Virus record (IMG/VR): IMGVR_UViG_3300025435_001056
Span: 96,001-160,000 of that record
Reading direction: 5' to 3' (one strand)
From: a virus
DNA length: 64,000 bases
The notes under the pieces: generated by a model
Told to the model about the DNA's origin: nothing
The model's database searches: none
What the model saw: only the letters and a program-made list of their open reading frames with translations
In this document: positions 28,937-39,692 of the stretch, one piece after another
Layout of the letters: each line of letters starts with the position of its first letter
How positions within the stretch are numbered: position 1 is the first letter of the stretch
Position numbers and translations under genes: made by a program

Positions 28937-31399
28937 ATGTCTCGACCAGTTTGGATCACTCCTCCTGGCAGTTTAGGAACCATACCCGAGGGTGTTTTTT
29001 ATTCGGTTCCTTTGGCTGCCGCAGCTGACACCACGGTATACTATCAACTGATTGCTGGAAATTTGCCTGCAGGTATGTTCATTGACGAAACCGGTGTATT
29101 GTCTGGTAATCCTATGGCCAAGAGCACGGCTGCTGGTGTTCCGTTGCCGGTGGTTGCTGATACTACCAGCCGATTTGCTGTTAGAGCTTATACCAACACT
29201 CGACAATTAGCTGACCGTACTTTTACCATTACGGTTACAGGACAAAACACAGTAAACTGGGTTACACCGCCCGGCAATATTGGTAACTATTATGATGGCA
29301 ATCAAATCACCGCGTTGGCTGTTGATTATCAAGACACTGACATTTATGCCAAGCCCGTGGTAACTCTGATCAGTGGTGCTTTACCACCTGGACTTGCTAT
29401 ATCCTCTACAGGCGTGATTTCAGGCTATATAGAACCGGCCATACCGCCAGGGGCTACTCCAGGTTTTAGCTATGCCGGAACACAGGGCTATGATGTGTAT
29501 GCTTTTGATTTTACTACAAGCAGTGTCACTACCAATTATGAATTTACTTTAAAAGTTACCAACGGCCAGTCCACAGATACCCGTACTTTCAGTATCTTGG
29601 TGTATGCTCTGGAGACCATGACTGCAGACACTACAAAGATAACTGCCGACAACACATTTATCACAGCTGATGTATCACCACCAATTCCGCCTATTATTAC
29701 CACACCTATTGGCACAATTGGCTCTACACGCAGCGACAATTTCTTTGCATTTCAGTTTACAGGCATAGATTTCAACTACAATCAGTTTCAATTTGTAGCC
29801 AATACAACATTGCCACCGGGCTTGACTCTGGATCCAAATTCAGGATGGCTGTATGGTTATATACCAGCTGGCGGCATTGTCTCGACGGTGTACCCTTTTA
29901 GTCTGTATGCACAAGAAGTCAACAATAGATCAGTAGTTAGCCCTGTTTACAACTACAGCTTGACTATTACCAGCCCAGTTGGGTCAGATGTAACTTGGCT
30001 TACACCCAGTTACCTAGGATCTATCTTTAATGGATCAACCAGCACTTTTTATGTGTCTGCAATTAGCTCAGGTGGACAAAGTCTCAGCTATCAGTTGTTA
30101 TCAGGCAGCGACAGCAGATTGCCGCAGGGACTAGAACTGTTGCCCAATGGGTTGATTGCAGGTCGAGTCAGCTTTGACACTTTTGCTGTGGACGGTGGCG
30201 CCACCACATTTGATTCCACAACCAATGCCGATACTACCGTGGTTCCCAAACCCACTACGTTTGATCTAGTATGCTCATTCACAGTGCAGGCCACCAGTGT
30301 CAACGGTGTGGTCAATGCTACCCAGGTATTTTCAATACGGGTGATCCGTAAATACAACCAACCCTACGACAATCTCTACGTGCAGGCCATGCCGCCTGAA
30401 TCAGACCGTGCTCTAGTAACCAGCCTGTTGCAGGACACACAAATATTCCCATCTAATTTGATTTATCGATTCAACGATCCTAATTTTGGAGTGGCCAATC
30501 GCGTGATCTATCGTCATGCCTACGGACTCACAGCGGCTACGTTGGATACCTATGTAGCTAGTTTAAATCTCAATCACTACTGGAAAAATTTGACCTTGGG
30601 CGAAATCAAAACAGCCAGAGCAGTCGATCCGGTTACTGGTGCGGTCATATATGAAGTAGTTTATAGTGAAGTTATAGATGACCTAGTCAATAATGAAGGC
30701 CAAAGTGTCGGTAAGTCGGTGAATTTGCCATATGTAGTTGAGGGTGACGTGCAAACGGTATATCCTAATGCCTTGACTGACATGCGTACACAGGTAATCG
30801 ATGTGGTTGGCCAGGAAAGCAATATTTTACCCTTGTGGATGTTAAGTAAACAGTCAGACGGATCGGTCCTGGGATTCACACCGGCCTGGGTCATAGCTTA
30901 TACCAATCCAGGACAAAGCGGACAAATTGCCTACAACATAAGAACACATTTCGGCCAACAGTTGAATCTGATTGACTTTGAAGTGGATCGTTACGAATTA
31001 GATGGCCTGTTGACTCGTAATTGGAACAGAGAATTGCAACAATGGACACCAACACCTCCTCAGTTGACCACTTTTGATCTGAATCATCGTTTAGGAACCT
31101 GGGTGAACAATTATAGCGAAATAGTATCTTGGACCAATAATACCGGAGGTTTAGTCTATTGGACTTATGGATTCCCGTCTGGTACTACTTTTGACGGCGG
31201 TAGCATGCAGTTTGAGGCACCGGTAGACATGTACTCAAATACCACCGCCTATGATTCGTATCTGCTGTTCCCGCGCCGTAATATCCTGCAACGTGTGCCA
31301 CAGATAAATCCTTTGTTGTTTGTCAACAGTTCTGGTTCTGCAATTGAATGGCACAGTACTGACGATCGCCCCTTAGTTTTTACCGGTACCAACGCATAA
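28937..31399 (+). CDS. Baseplate/virion structural protein with putative Ig domains
   Basis: Repeated W.TP.G.LG and G.LP.GL.L...G.I.G motifs. Confidence 0.7.
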   Translation: MSRPVWITPPGSLGTIPEGVFYSVPLAAAADTTVYYQLIAGNLPAGMFIDETGVLSGNPMAKSTAAGVPLPVVADTTSRFAVRAYTNTRQLADRTFTITVTGQNTVNWVTPPGNIGNYYDGNQITALAVDYQDTDIYAKPVVTLISGALPPGLAISSTGVISGYIEPAIPPGATPGFSYAGTQGYDVYAFDFTTSSVTTNYEFTLKVTNGQSTDTRTFSILVYALETMTADTTKITADNTFITADVSPPIPPIITTPIGTIGSTRSDNFFAFQFTGIDFNYNQFQFVANTTLPPGLTLDPNSGWLYGYIPAGGIVSTVYPFSLYAQEVNNRSVVSPVYNYSLTITSPVGSDVTWLTPSYLGSIFNGSTSTFYVSAISSGGQSLSYQLLSGSDSRLPQGLELLPNGLIAGRVSFDTFAVDGGATTFDSTTNADTTVVPKPTTFDLVCSFTVQATSVNGVVNATQVFSIRVIRKYNQPYDNLYVQAMPPESDRALVTSLLQDTQIFPSNLIYRFNDPNFGVANRVIYRHAYGLTAATLDTYVASLNLNHYWKNLTLGEIKTARAVDPVTGAVIYEVVYSEVIDDLVNNEGQSVGKSVNLPYVVEGDVQTVYPNALTDMRTQVIDVVGQESNILPLWMLSKQSDGSVLGFTPAWVIAYTNPGQSGQIAYNIRTHFGQQLNLIDFEVDRYELDGLLTRNWNRELQQWTPTPPQLTTFDLNHRLGTWVNNYSEIVSWTNNTGGLVYWTYGFPSGTTFDGGSMQFEAPVDMYSNTTAYDSYLLFPRRNILQRVPQINPLLFVNSSGSAIEWHSTDDRPLVFTGTNA

Positions 31400-31428
31400 A
31401 TATTGCATAAACTACCAACAGGACCCAA

Positions 31429-32349
31429 ATGACCGTTCCATACACTTTTGCTAACCAATCAGGCCCAGTGGCAGCAGCCGAACTTGATGCTAATTTTGCC
31501 GCTGTAAGCGGTGCCACTGGATCAACCGGTCCTACAGGCGCCACTGGTCCCAGTGGTGGTCCCACAGGTGCCACTGGTGCCACGGGTGCAGGAGCAACAG
31601 GTGCCACGGGCGTTGCAGGTGCAGATGGTGCAACAGGCGCAACAGGCGTTACAGGATCAACAGGTCCACAAGGCGATCCTGGGGGTGCCACTGGTGCCAC
31701 AGGTGTTGTTGGATCAACCGGCGCTACAGGTGCAGGAGCAACAGGTGCCACTGGAGTTGGAGCCACTGGAACAGCAGGTGCAAATGGGGCGACAGGTGCT
31801 ACTGGAACATTTAGCGGCACATTGACTTCCAACATTGCTGGTGCCGGTTACAGTATTAGTAACATTGGCACACTAACAGTTGGTAGTATTGTCAACAACA
31901 ATGCCAACGGTGTGGGCAATATTGGCTCAAGCACAACATATTTCAAAACTGTATTTGCCCTGGCTACCTCGGCACAGTATGCGGACTTGGCAGAAAACTA
32001 TCTAGCCGATGCAACCTACAATCCCGGAACGATAGTTATTTTTGGCGGAGATCAAGAAATAACAGTTACTTCAGAATTTGCCGATGAGCGTGTGGCTGGA
32101 GCAATATCAACTGAACCAGCACACTTAATGAATTCAGGATTAGCTGGATTACCAGTGGCCTTACGTGGTCGTGTTCCTGTACAGGTCATAGGACCTGTGA
32201 CCAAAGGTGACAGCTTGGTTACCAGTTCGATTGCAGGATTTGCACAAAGTATAGGCAGAGATAGGAGCTACTCACAGGCTGTATTTGCCAAGGCACTTGA
32301 GACCAACATTACAGATGACAAAAAAGTTATTACGGCTGTGATACTTTAA
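31429..32349 (+). CDS. Short collagen-like fibre with C-terminal chaperone-like domain
   Basis: GATG repeats; [10 protein letters not shown] domain paralogous to that of 26894..28933. Confidence 0.75.
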   Translation: MTVPYTFANQSGPVAAAELDANFAAVSGATGSTGPTGATGPSGGPTGATGATGAGATGATGVAGADGATGATGVTGSTGPQGDPGGATGATGVVGSTGATGAGATGATGVGATGTAGANGATGATGTFSGTLTSNIAGAGYSISNIGTLTVGSIVNNNANGVGNIGSSTTYFKTVFALATSAQYADLAENYLADATYNPGTIVIFGGDQEITVTSEFADERVAGAISTEPAHLMNSGLAGLPVALRGRVPVQVIGPVTKGDSLVTSSIAGFAQSIGRDRSYSQAVFAKALETNITDDKKVITAVIL

Positions 32350-32368
32350 AACAATACTTTAGGAAAAT

Positions 32369-33337
32369 ATGACTTCGCTATACACATTCGGTTCACAAAT
32401 AGGCCCAATACCATTGGGCGAGTTGGACTATAATTTTGCTGTTGTGGCCAACAATGTGCTCACAGCCAACACTGTGATTTCTAATTCACAGCCCAATATT
32501 ACTTTGTTAGGTACACTAACCGGACTCACAGTAAGCGGAAATCTACAGGTCAACAGGGCCACATTGACCAACCTATCAGTCACCGGCAATACATACGCTG
32601 GCAATACCAGCCTGGGAAATCTGGCGGTAAATTCCGATACTATACTCTACGGAAATCTCACAGTTTATGGAAACACCACAACCATCAACAGTAATACTGT
32701 AGTCACCAATGATCTTCTGTTGGTATTGGGCAACAATCAAAACAGCGGATTGGCCTTAAACGGCGCTGGGTTGGCGGTAGGCAACAACAGTCTTGCTACT
32801 TGGCGGTTTAACAATGCTACCAACAGTTGGCAAAGCAACATTGCTGTAATTCCAACTGGTAATGCCGTATTATCCTTGGGTGGTACAAACAACTATTGGG
32901 GAACGGCCTACATCAATACAATCAGTGCCCATGGCAATGTTACTGGCAATTATTTTGTTGGCAATGGTAGCCTATTAACTGGTATAGGCACATATACCAA
33001 TGCCAATGTGGCCGCTTACTTGCCCACGTATACTGGCAATTTTACTGCTAATAATATTTCTGCCAGTGGAAACTTACTTGTAACCGGAAGCGCACAACTG
33101 TCAGGCGGTGCTACAGCTCCTACTGCTGCAAACGGCACAGCCAATAGCCAGGTAGCTACTACAGCATTTGTTAGTAATCAAATGGCAAATTCAATTGGTA
33201 AATTAAGTACCAACTGGTCAGTTGCACAGATTGGTAATAATTTATATTTTCAATTTAATGGCGCCAATATTGCCAGATTAGATACATCGGGCAACTTTGT
33301 CACCATCGGAAATGTTACTGCGTTTGGAACATTGTAA
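32369..33337 (+). CDS. Tail fibre protein
   Basis: LD.NF N-terminus, Asn/Gly-rich, APTAA.GT.N.Q.ATTAFV repeat. Confidence 0.7.
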   Translation: MTSLYTFGSQIGPIPLGELDYNFAVVANNVLTANTVISNSQPNITLLGTLTGLTVSGNLQVNRATLTNLSVTGNTYAGNTSLGNLAVNSDTILYGNLTVYGNTTTINSNTVVTNDLLLVLGNNQNSGLALNGAGLAVGNNSLATWRFNNATNSWQSNIAVIPTGNAVLSLGGTNNYWGTAYINTISAHGNVTGNYFVGNGSLLTGIGTYTNANVAAYLPTYTGNFTANNISASGNLLVTGSAQLSGGATAPTAANGTANSQVATTAFVSNQMANSIGKLSTNWSVAQIGNNLYFQFNGANIARLDTSGNFVTIGNVTAFGTL

Positions 33338-34407
33338 TGACTCTGCCAACAAGCGGTCCCATTTCTTTGGCCGATATTCAGCAGGAGTTCGGTGGCACTC
33401 ATCCAGTTACACTTAGTAATTATTACAAAGGTGGCGCCTATGTGCATCCGTGGTCCACTGCCCCAAATGTTCCTGCAAGTGGAAAAATATCTATCAGTGA
33501 TTTTTACGGTGCCAGCAATACCGCAGCACCAGCAGTGACCTGGGTTACTTCGGCTAGCCAATCAATGGAACAAACTGTTCCGTTTAGTCTACAATTAAAT
33601 GCTACTAATGCCGTGACTTATGCAGTGACCAGTGGAACATTACCCAATAATCTTTCTATGACTACAGGAGGATTAATAACAGGCACACCCGGAACAGTAC
33701 AGACAACTTATCCAACTATTACAGCAACTTCAATTTACAATGTGTCTACTCCACAGGCATTTACATTTGACGTGTATTCTCCTCCACCTTCGTATAATGA
33801 AATTATTACTGGTCCAGCCAGCGGCAACGGTGGAACTCAACTGAATATGCAAATTACAGGGGCAGCACCAAATTCAACCTATAATGTTACCCAAACTAGC
33901 GGACCGCCTCTCTTTGTTAGTCCAAGTGTTAATAATAACATAGGATCCGACGGTACCGCTATTTTTGTTGTGCTTCCGCAACAACCTGCATATTACAATT
34001 TTAGTTTTTATTTTACCGCAACTGGAGATACTAGAACATTTAGTTATGTTGTAAACTACACCTATACTAATGGTTTTACACAAGAATACGGTTGGACTGG
34101 TTCTAATTTAACTTTAGCTCAGCAGATTAACCAAACTTATTACGAATCTAACAACGCATTTACAGTCACTTACACTCCTACTCCGGAAACCAGATGGGGG
34201 TTGTACAGACGGGGCGAGTCTGGCGGTATAAGTTTTTGGGTACAGGCTTGTGTAAACAATGGGTGGTCGATATCATCTCAGGGGTTGATTAATGCTATCT
34301 TTACTGCGGCAAGCCAAGATGCCGATGCTGCAAGGGCGCTTACTCCAAATAAATCCTATGTTCCCGGACCTGGCTATGGTGATTTTAGTGATCGTCCAGT
34401 TCCTTAA
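33337..34407 (+). CDS. Fibre tip/adhesin-like protein with Ig-like domain
   Basis: LPTSGPISL.DI..EFGG...I.ISDFYG N-terminal module; coupled to the preceding fibre gene. Confidence 0.65.
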   Translation: MTLPTSGPISLADIQQEFGGTHPVTLSNYYKGGAYVHPWSTAPNVPASGKISISDFYGASNTAAPAVTWVTSASQSMEQTVPFSLQLNATNAVTYAVTSGTLPNNLSMTTGGLITGTPGTVQTTYPTITATSIYNVSTPQAFTFDVYSPPPSYNEIITGPASGNGGTQLNMQITGAAPNSTYNVTQTSGPPLFVSPSVNNNIGSDGTAIFVVLPQQPAYYNFSFYFTATGDTRTFSYVVNYTYTNGFTQEYGWTGSNLTLAQQINQTYYESNNAFTVTYTPTPETRWGLYRRGESGGISFWVQACVNNGWSISSQGLINAIFTAASQDADAARALTPNKSYVPGPGYGDFSDRPVP

Positions 34408-34479
34408 ATACGCCAAAGATTTTATCAATATTAACGTACACCCCGGCTAAATACAACTAATGATTAAGGAAAGACACAA

Positions 34480-35358
34480 ATGACCAGTAATATCAACCCA
34501 AATGACATTGACGGTAATTATCCAGTAGCCGGACAAGACAACAACAGTCAGGGCTTCCGCGACAATTTTACCAATACTGCCACCAATTTTCAGTATGCCG
34601 CAGACGAAATTACCGATCTGCAGAACAAAGCCGTGCTCAAAGCCGCACTAAACGGAACGGCCTTAGACAACAACATGAACGGCAGCTTGCTATACAATGC
34701 ACAGCTCCAACAGATGACTCAAACGGTGATACCGTTGGGTACCTTGAATGGTTCTGTAGTGCTAAATTTTGCCACCGGATCTGTACAGACCTTGACCACA
34801 AATGGTCCTATCACATTGGGATTCAGCAACTTGCCAGCGGCCGGTGTTTCAGGAACCATAGCCCTGCAGGTCACAGTGGCCAGTACAGCACACACTATCA
34901 CTTTCCCCACAGCAGTATCGGTCAACACCGCTGGTATCCAGGGATTTGATATCACTACCAATGTAATGGAGTTTGCTGCATCAGGCACCTACAACTTTGC
35001 GTTTACTACGGTAAATGGCGGGAGTACTGTGACTATCAGCCAGGACAACAATTCACTTGTACCATTCAATAATTCCAGCGAATTGCTCAGCAGTGCTTCA
35101 GCTGCCAACTTGGCCGTGACCACCAGCTACTTTACTACAGTTTCTGCCAGCACTGCTACCTTGGCCGCTGGTGTTGCTGGACAAATCAAAGTGTTCAGCA
35201 TGAATGCGGCTTCGGGCAACATGGTAATCACTGTAACCAACCATGCCTGGGCCGGATCCGGCACAATCACATTTTCGTCTGCTGGCCAAAGTTGCATCTT
35301 GCAATATACCAATAACAAATGGTTCTGCATTGGCAACAACGGCGTTGCTTTTGCCTAA
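34480..35358 (+). CDS. Virion structural protein
   Basis: YPVAGQDNNSQGFRDNF motif; TAAATA upstream; beta-rich. Confidence 0.7.
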   Translation: MTSNINPNDIDGNYPVAGQDNNSQGFRDNFTNTATNFQYAADEITDLQNKAVLKAALNGTALDNNMNGSLLYNAQLQQMTQTVIPLGTLNGSVVLNFATGSVQTLTTNGPITLGFSNLPAAGVSGTIALQVTVASTAHTITFPTAVSVNTAGIQGFDITTNVMEFAASGTYNFAFTTVNGGSTVTISQDNNSLVPFNNSSELLSSASAANLAVTTSYFTTVSASTATLAAGVAGQIKVFSMNAASGNMVITVTNHAWAGSGTITFSSAGQSCILQYTNNKWFCIGNNGVAFA

Positions 35359-35368
35359 ACCAAAACGG

Positions 35369-35397
35369 TTGACAATAATCAAAACTAGCTGTATACT
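35369..35397 (+). promoter_or_regulatory. sigma70-like promoter
   Basis: TTGACA-17-TATACT. Confidence 0.75.
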
Positions 35398-35403
35398 CAA
35401 GGA

Positions 35404-35625
35404 ATGGAACATCCATTAATTTCAAACCTTGATGACTTGACCGAACAGCAACTTTTGGACAAAATAACCGAACTCAATAAAAAATTGGCCATCGCCTACA
35501 ACACTGGCAACGGACATCTGTGCAATCAAGTGCGTATGGCTATTGAAACTTATCAAAACAAATACCAAGAAAAGCTCCGCAAAAAACCCGATGAGGGGTT
35601 TGACAACATCATAGACATATCATGA
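35404..35625 (+). CDS. Hypothetical coiled-coil protein
   Basis: First gene of the operon after the promoter. Confidence 0.65.
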   Translation: MEHPLISNLDDLTEQQLLDKITELNKKLAIAYNTGNGHLCNQVRMAIETYQNKYQEKLRKKPDEGFDNIIDIS

Positions 35626-36221
35626 ATGTAAGAATTGCACAACCGTTTTCAATTACAGCTGGCGGGTGGTATGATGACTACCTAGAGATGAATCAGTACA
35701 ATATAAAACTGTGGATGATCACACAAAGCATGAGCGAATTAGAACAAAACATTGCATTTCGCAGGATAAAACATTTTGTTCACTACGAACTCAACAGTAC
35801 AGTATTCATCGATTCGGCTGAGACAGAAAAATGTGCCGAATTGTCACAAGCTGGACTCAATATTACTACCTTGCCTGGTGTTCCGGCGGATCAACTGATT
35901 GGTATCATGTTGTTCCACAAACTCAATGCTATCATGGAAGGTCGTATCAGTGTAGTTGAGGTTGAAATTTCGGCTGGAGATGCTGTAATATATCTACACG
36001 GCGAGCATGAAACTTCAGATGATGTTAAACAACCCGATTGGTGGTCCACCGCAGATCTGATACATTCAGATATTATAGAAAACACTGAAAATATTGTAAG
36101 TTTAAGATCTGTTACTCGTTGGAAAGATCTAGATTTGGACTGGCCTGAAGATAGTACTCCAACAGACTCAGGTAATACCATAGTTTTTGCTGACTTTAAA
36201 TCTAGTGATGATACAAAATAA
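35622..36221 (+). CDS. Hypothetical protein
   Basis: ATGA overlap; 199 aa. Confidence 0.7.
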   Translation: MNVRIAQPFSITAGGWYDDYLEMNQYNIKLWMITQSMSELEQNIAFRRIKHFVHYELNSTVFIDSAETEKCAELSQAGLNITTLPGVPADQLIGIMLFHKLNAIMEGRISVVEVEISAGDAVIYLHGEHETSDDVKQPDWWSTADLIHSDIIENTENIVSLRSVTRWKDLDLDWPEDSTPTDSGNTIVFADFKSSDDTK

Positions 36222-36720
36222 ATTTGGTGAAATGATTTTTAACGAATCTGACGTGTGTGACTTGATCATGCAAGGTTGCGCTGTGGCAGATCTTTCAGAA
36301 ATGATTGTAGACGAAACGGTAGATTTGACTTGCTGGCCCGATACCTTAAATCCTGCGCCTAATTTCCTACAACAAAAATCTCACGACTGTACAGTGTCAG
36401 AATTTCACCAACAACAACAGTCACATTGGCACATGCCCACAGAATACAAGATATTAGACATAGCTGAACATGTTCTTGGATTGTGTATCACCGAAGAAGA
36501 ATTACAACGCTGTGGGCAAGAGTTGTTGTTATATCAGGAACGCAATTTATTTGATCTGCTACGCTACTTAAAGTACCTAGTAGACGTCATGACCAAAAAT
36601 CAAATCATTTGGGGTGTTGGGCGTGGATCAAGCGTGGCTAGTTATGTGCTGTTTAAGCTGGGTGTGCACCGCATTGACAGTCTTTATTACAAATTAAATA
36701 TACACGAATTCTTGCGATAA
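36208..36720 (+). CDS. DNA polymerase III alpha (DnaE)-like N-terminal palm fragment
   Basis: R...EL......F..L..LVD....N.I.WGVGRGSSVAS.VL..LG...ID motif. Confidence 0.8.
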   Translation: MIQNKFGEMIFNESDVCDLIMQGCAVADLSEMIVDETVDLTCWPDTLNPAPNFLQQKSHDCTVSEFHQQQQSHWHMPTEYKILDIAEHVLGLCITEEELQRCGQELLLYQERNLFDLLRYLKYLVDVMTKNQIIWGVGRGSSVASYVLFKLGVHRIDSLYYKLNIHEFLR

Positions 36721-36747
36721 GTATACACATATCCTAAAGGAACTATT

Positions 36748-37320
36748 ATGACCAATCAAGTTTATAAATCAGCACAGGGTCAGAGTGTTGATCTGGGCAC
36801 AATTAAATTGAAAAACGAGCATGTGCGTGCTGTGGGCAACATGAATGTAAATGCTCGGGGCGACGTAGTAGATAGTAATAATCAAGTGATTGAATCCAAA
36901 AGTCGCCAGATACAGAGGCAAAATGCTCAGTTAACCAACGTGGCCGATGCTGTGGTCCATACCAGTAGCGCAGCGGCACGACGAGCTCGCCAAGCGGCTG
37001 TTGCAAGTGCCCAGACCATGCCGGTAGATACAGTGTCGGATATTGTACCTGCAGACACTACGCCCGAAACAACATCAGTGTCTATGGTTCCAGTTGAACC
37101 ACTGGTAGAAGTGCCAGACCCTGTTGAACCGCTCGTGACAGCGCCGTCTCCGGTCGAACCAACAAATATAGCAGATGCAATTGCACAGTCCACTCCAGCT
37201 ACATCCGCTACAGGCGGCGGATTAGCAGCAGCTATTGCAAGATCCAAAACAATCAAACAAGAAAAAGAAAAAACTTTTAGACAACTACAACAAGATACAC
37301 CAGGAGTAAGGAAGATTTAA
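36748..37320 (+). CDS. Hypothetical phage protein
   Basis: AVGNMNVNARGD motif; Pro/Thr-rich linker; SD aagga. Confidence 0.7.
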   Translation: MTNQVYKSAQGQSVDLGTIKLKNEHVRAVGNMNVNARGDVVDSNNQVIESKSRQIQRQNAQLTNVADAVVHTSSAAARRARQAAVASAQTMPVDTVSDIVPADTTPETTSVSMVPVEPLVEVPDPVEPLVTAPSPVEPTNIADAIAQSTPATSATGGGLAAAIARSKTIKQEKEKTFRQLQQDTPGVRKI

Positions 37321-37718
37321 TGAAAAAACCAGCTTTTGCACCACACAAGTTAAACCGTCGGCAAATTAAAGCCTTGCATGATGATATCCTAGTACACGAC
37401 ATGGCATTTGATACACGTATTACCCAAGGCGGTATTTGGATACCAAATGACAACGGCAAGGGACACGGCATCCGCCCTAGATGGGGTCGTGTGTATGCCG
37501 TAGGTCCAGAACAACAGGAAGTAAGAGTTGGGCAATGGGTCATGGTCGAGCATGGTCGTTGGACCCGTGGGTTAGAAATTGAAGACGAATCTGGAGAAAC
37601 CACCATCCGTAAGGTCGATCCTGATTGTATCATGATGATATCCGATGAGGAAGAATGTCCCGATGCTGAAGGCATTAGCACCGCAGTACATATTGACAGC
37701 AAAACCATGCCAGCCTAG
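37320..37718 (+). CDS. groES: Co-chaperonin GroES-like protein
   Basis: L.D.ILV, T.GGI.IP, G.V.AVGP and V.VG motifs. Confidence 0.75.
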   Translation: MKKPAFAPHKLNRRQIKALHDDILVHDMAFDTRITQGGIWIPNDNGKGHGIRPRWGRVYAVGPEQQEVRVGQWVMVEHGRWTRGLEIEDESGETTIRKVDPDCIMMISDEEECPDAEGISTAVHIDSKTMPA

Positions 37719-37998
37719 TGAAATTTTGCAGATGCAATCTACTATGATTAATCGCTTACTGTAGTCACGGTTGGAACGATAGTATCAACCTTTGCACCCT
37801 TTACAACAATGGGCATTGCCCGTTGGTGCAGAGATCATTTACATGACAAGAATTGTAAATAAAAACACCTAAATGGTTGCAAGAGTTCAAAGAAAAGCGT
37901 AAAATCAAAAAACAAGAGGAATTAATACGGGCGTTACGACGCCCCAAAAACAAACAACGCCGACCAGCGGCAAAGTTTGCAAACAAAATAGGATCAAA

Positions 37999-38919
37999 AT
38001 GAAAGAACTTTGGGTAGAAAAATATAGACCACAAACCATGGACGGTTATGTGTTTGTGGATGCTGCACAGCGTGAACAGGTTGCCGCTTGGATACAAGAT
38101 AAAACTATTCCACATCTCCTGTTCTCGGGCAGTCCCGGCACAGGCAAGACCACCTTGGCCAAGATGTTGGTTTCGGAACTGGGCATTGATGAATATGATG
38201 TCATGTGGGCTAACGGATCCAAAGAAGCTCGTAAGATTGAATGGGTAGACAAGTTGATCTCGTTTTGTCAGACCATGCCCTATGGTGATTTCAAAGTGGT
38301 CATGATCGACGAAGCTGACTACATGAATCCTGCTTCGGTACAGCCAGCCTTGCGTAACCTCATGGAAGACTACAGTGCCACAGTGCGTTTTATCCTGACT
38401 TGTAACTATCCTAACAAGATTATTCCACCTATCCATAGTCGTTGTCAACAGCTACACATTGTCAAAACTGATCTAACAGAATTCACAGCCAGGGTAGCCA
38501 CTGTCTTGGTCACCGAAGCGGTAGAATTTGATTTGGATACCTTGGACAGCTATGTGCGTGCTACATATCCAGATCTGCGTAAATGTCTAAACCTAGTCCA
38601 ACAAAACAGCCAATCTGGCACCTTGACAGCACCCAATAGCACAGACAAGAGTGTAGGTGATTGGAAACTGGATTGTGTACAGTTATTCAAAGATGGCAAG
38701 ATGCGAGAAGCCAGAACACTCATGTGTCAACAGAGCACTCCTGAGGAAGCCGATGACATATTCCGCTGGATGTATGACAATTTAGATCTTTGGTCAACTG
38801 ATCCGCACAAGCAGGATCAAGCGATTGTAATTATTCGCAACGGCCTGGTCAATGTGCCCATGGTAGTTGATCAAGAAATAAATCTAAGTGCTACACTCAC
38901 GGAATTATGTCAACTGTAA
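37999..38919 (+). CDS. Clamp loader AAA+ subunit (RFC/T4 gp44-like)
   Basis: WVEKYRP, GSPGTGKTT, IDEAD, FILTCN and SRC motifs. Confidence 0.9.
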   Translation: MKELWVEKYRPQTMDGYVFVDAAQREQVAAWIQDKTIPHLLFSGSPGTGKTTLAKMLVSELGIDEYDVMWANGSKEARKIEWVDKLISFCQTMPYGDFKVVMIDEADYMNPASVQPALRNLMEDYSATVRFILTCNYPNKIIPPIHSRCQQLHIVKTDLTEFTARVATVLVTEAVEFDLDTLDSYVRATYPDLRKCLNLVQQNSQSGTLTAPNSTDKSVGDWKLDCVQLFKDGKMREARTLMCQQSTPEEADDIFRWMYDNLDLWSTDPHKQDQAIVIIRNGLVNVPMVVDQEINLSATLTELCQL

Positions 38920-39692
38920 ACAAAAATTTAAATGTTTGTTTCGATGGATGTAGTCTTACTGTTGGAGAAGGGTTTCCTGAGCAACTGCGGGATGATTACA
39001 TTTATGATAGACTACTAACTAAAAAATTTAATTTCAACAGCACAAATATTGCCCAACCTGGGTCTGGCAATCATGTAATTTTTATGCGCACGGTACAGGC
39101 GTTAAAAGAAAAAAAATATGATATTGTGTTTGTGCAGTGGAGTGGGTTGAATAGACTGTGGTTGAGCCCTGGGCCGGAAGTATGGTATGTTGCCATGATC
39201 AACAAGAGCATCACCGAATTTAGATATCGCGACATTTACCTGGGCAAAAAAGACAAATTAAAATTTGAAGAAACCGTGGCATTATTAAATCACAATTATC
39301 AAAACATATTTGATTTAATCACCTATTGCGACATTTTATCGAATCTGGCAATTATAAATTCTACTAAAATTGTTTTTATAAATGGACTGGTTCCTTGGCA
39401 AGATGATTTAATCAAGCCGTTTGATACCAATAATCCTAGTGAGTCATTGAGTGACTATACAAAAAACATGTTAGAGTTTGATGATCGCAACGATGAAGAA
39501 ATTATTTTATTTTTTTCTAAACTACAACAAAAATTTACCGAACTAGATAAATCGTTATGGGTCAATCTATTTGATTCGTTTTATAAGAATAGTATCGACG
39601 TCGGTCCCGAAGGACATCATCCTGGTATAAAAAGTCATCAATGGATGGCAGAGCAAATAACTAATTACATTAACACTAAAAACTTTTTATGA
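38907..39692 (+). CDS. SGNH-hydrolase-like hypothetical protein
   Basis: GCS.T.G, N.A..GSGN, QWS...R and C-terminal HP motif. Confidence 0.55.
   Translation: MSTVNKNLNVCFDGCSLTVGEGFPEQLRDDYIYDRLLTKKFNFNSTNIAQPGSGNHVIFMRTVQALKEKKYDIVFVQWSGLNRLWLSPGPEVWYVAMINKSITEFRYRDIYLGKKDKLKFEETVALLNHNYQNIFDLITYCDILSNLAIINSTKIVFINGLVPWQDDLIKPFDTNNPSESLSDYTKNMLEFDDRNDEEIILFFSKLQQKFTELDKSLWVNLFDSFYKNSIDVGPEGHHPGIKSHQWMAEQITNYINTKNFL

Noticed and set aside
37801-38448. 215-aa - strand ORF, and similar long antisense ORFs such as 50335..50943
   Set aside because: They lie antisense to well-supported genes and show no motifs or RBS.
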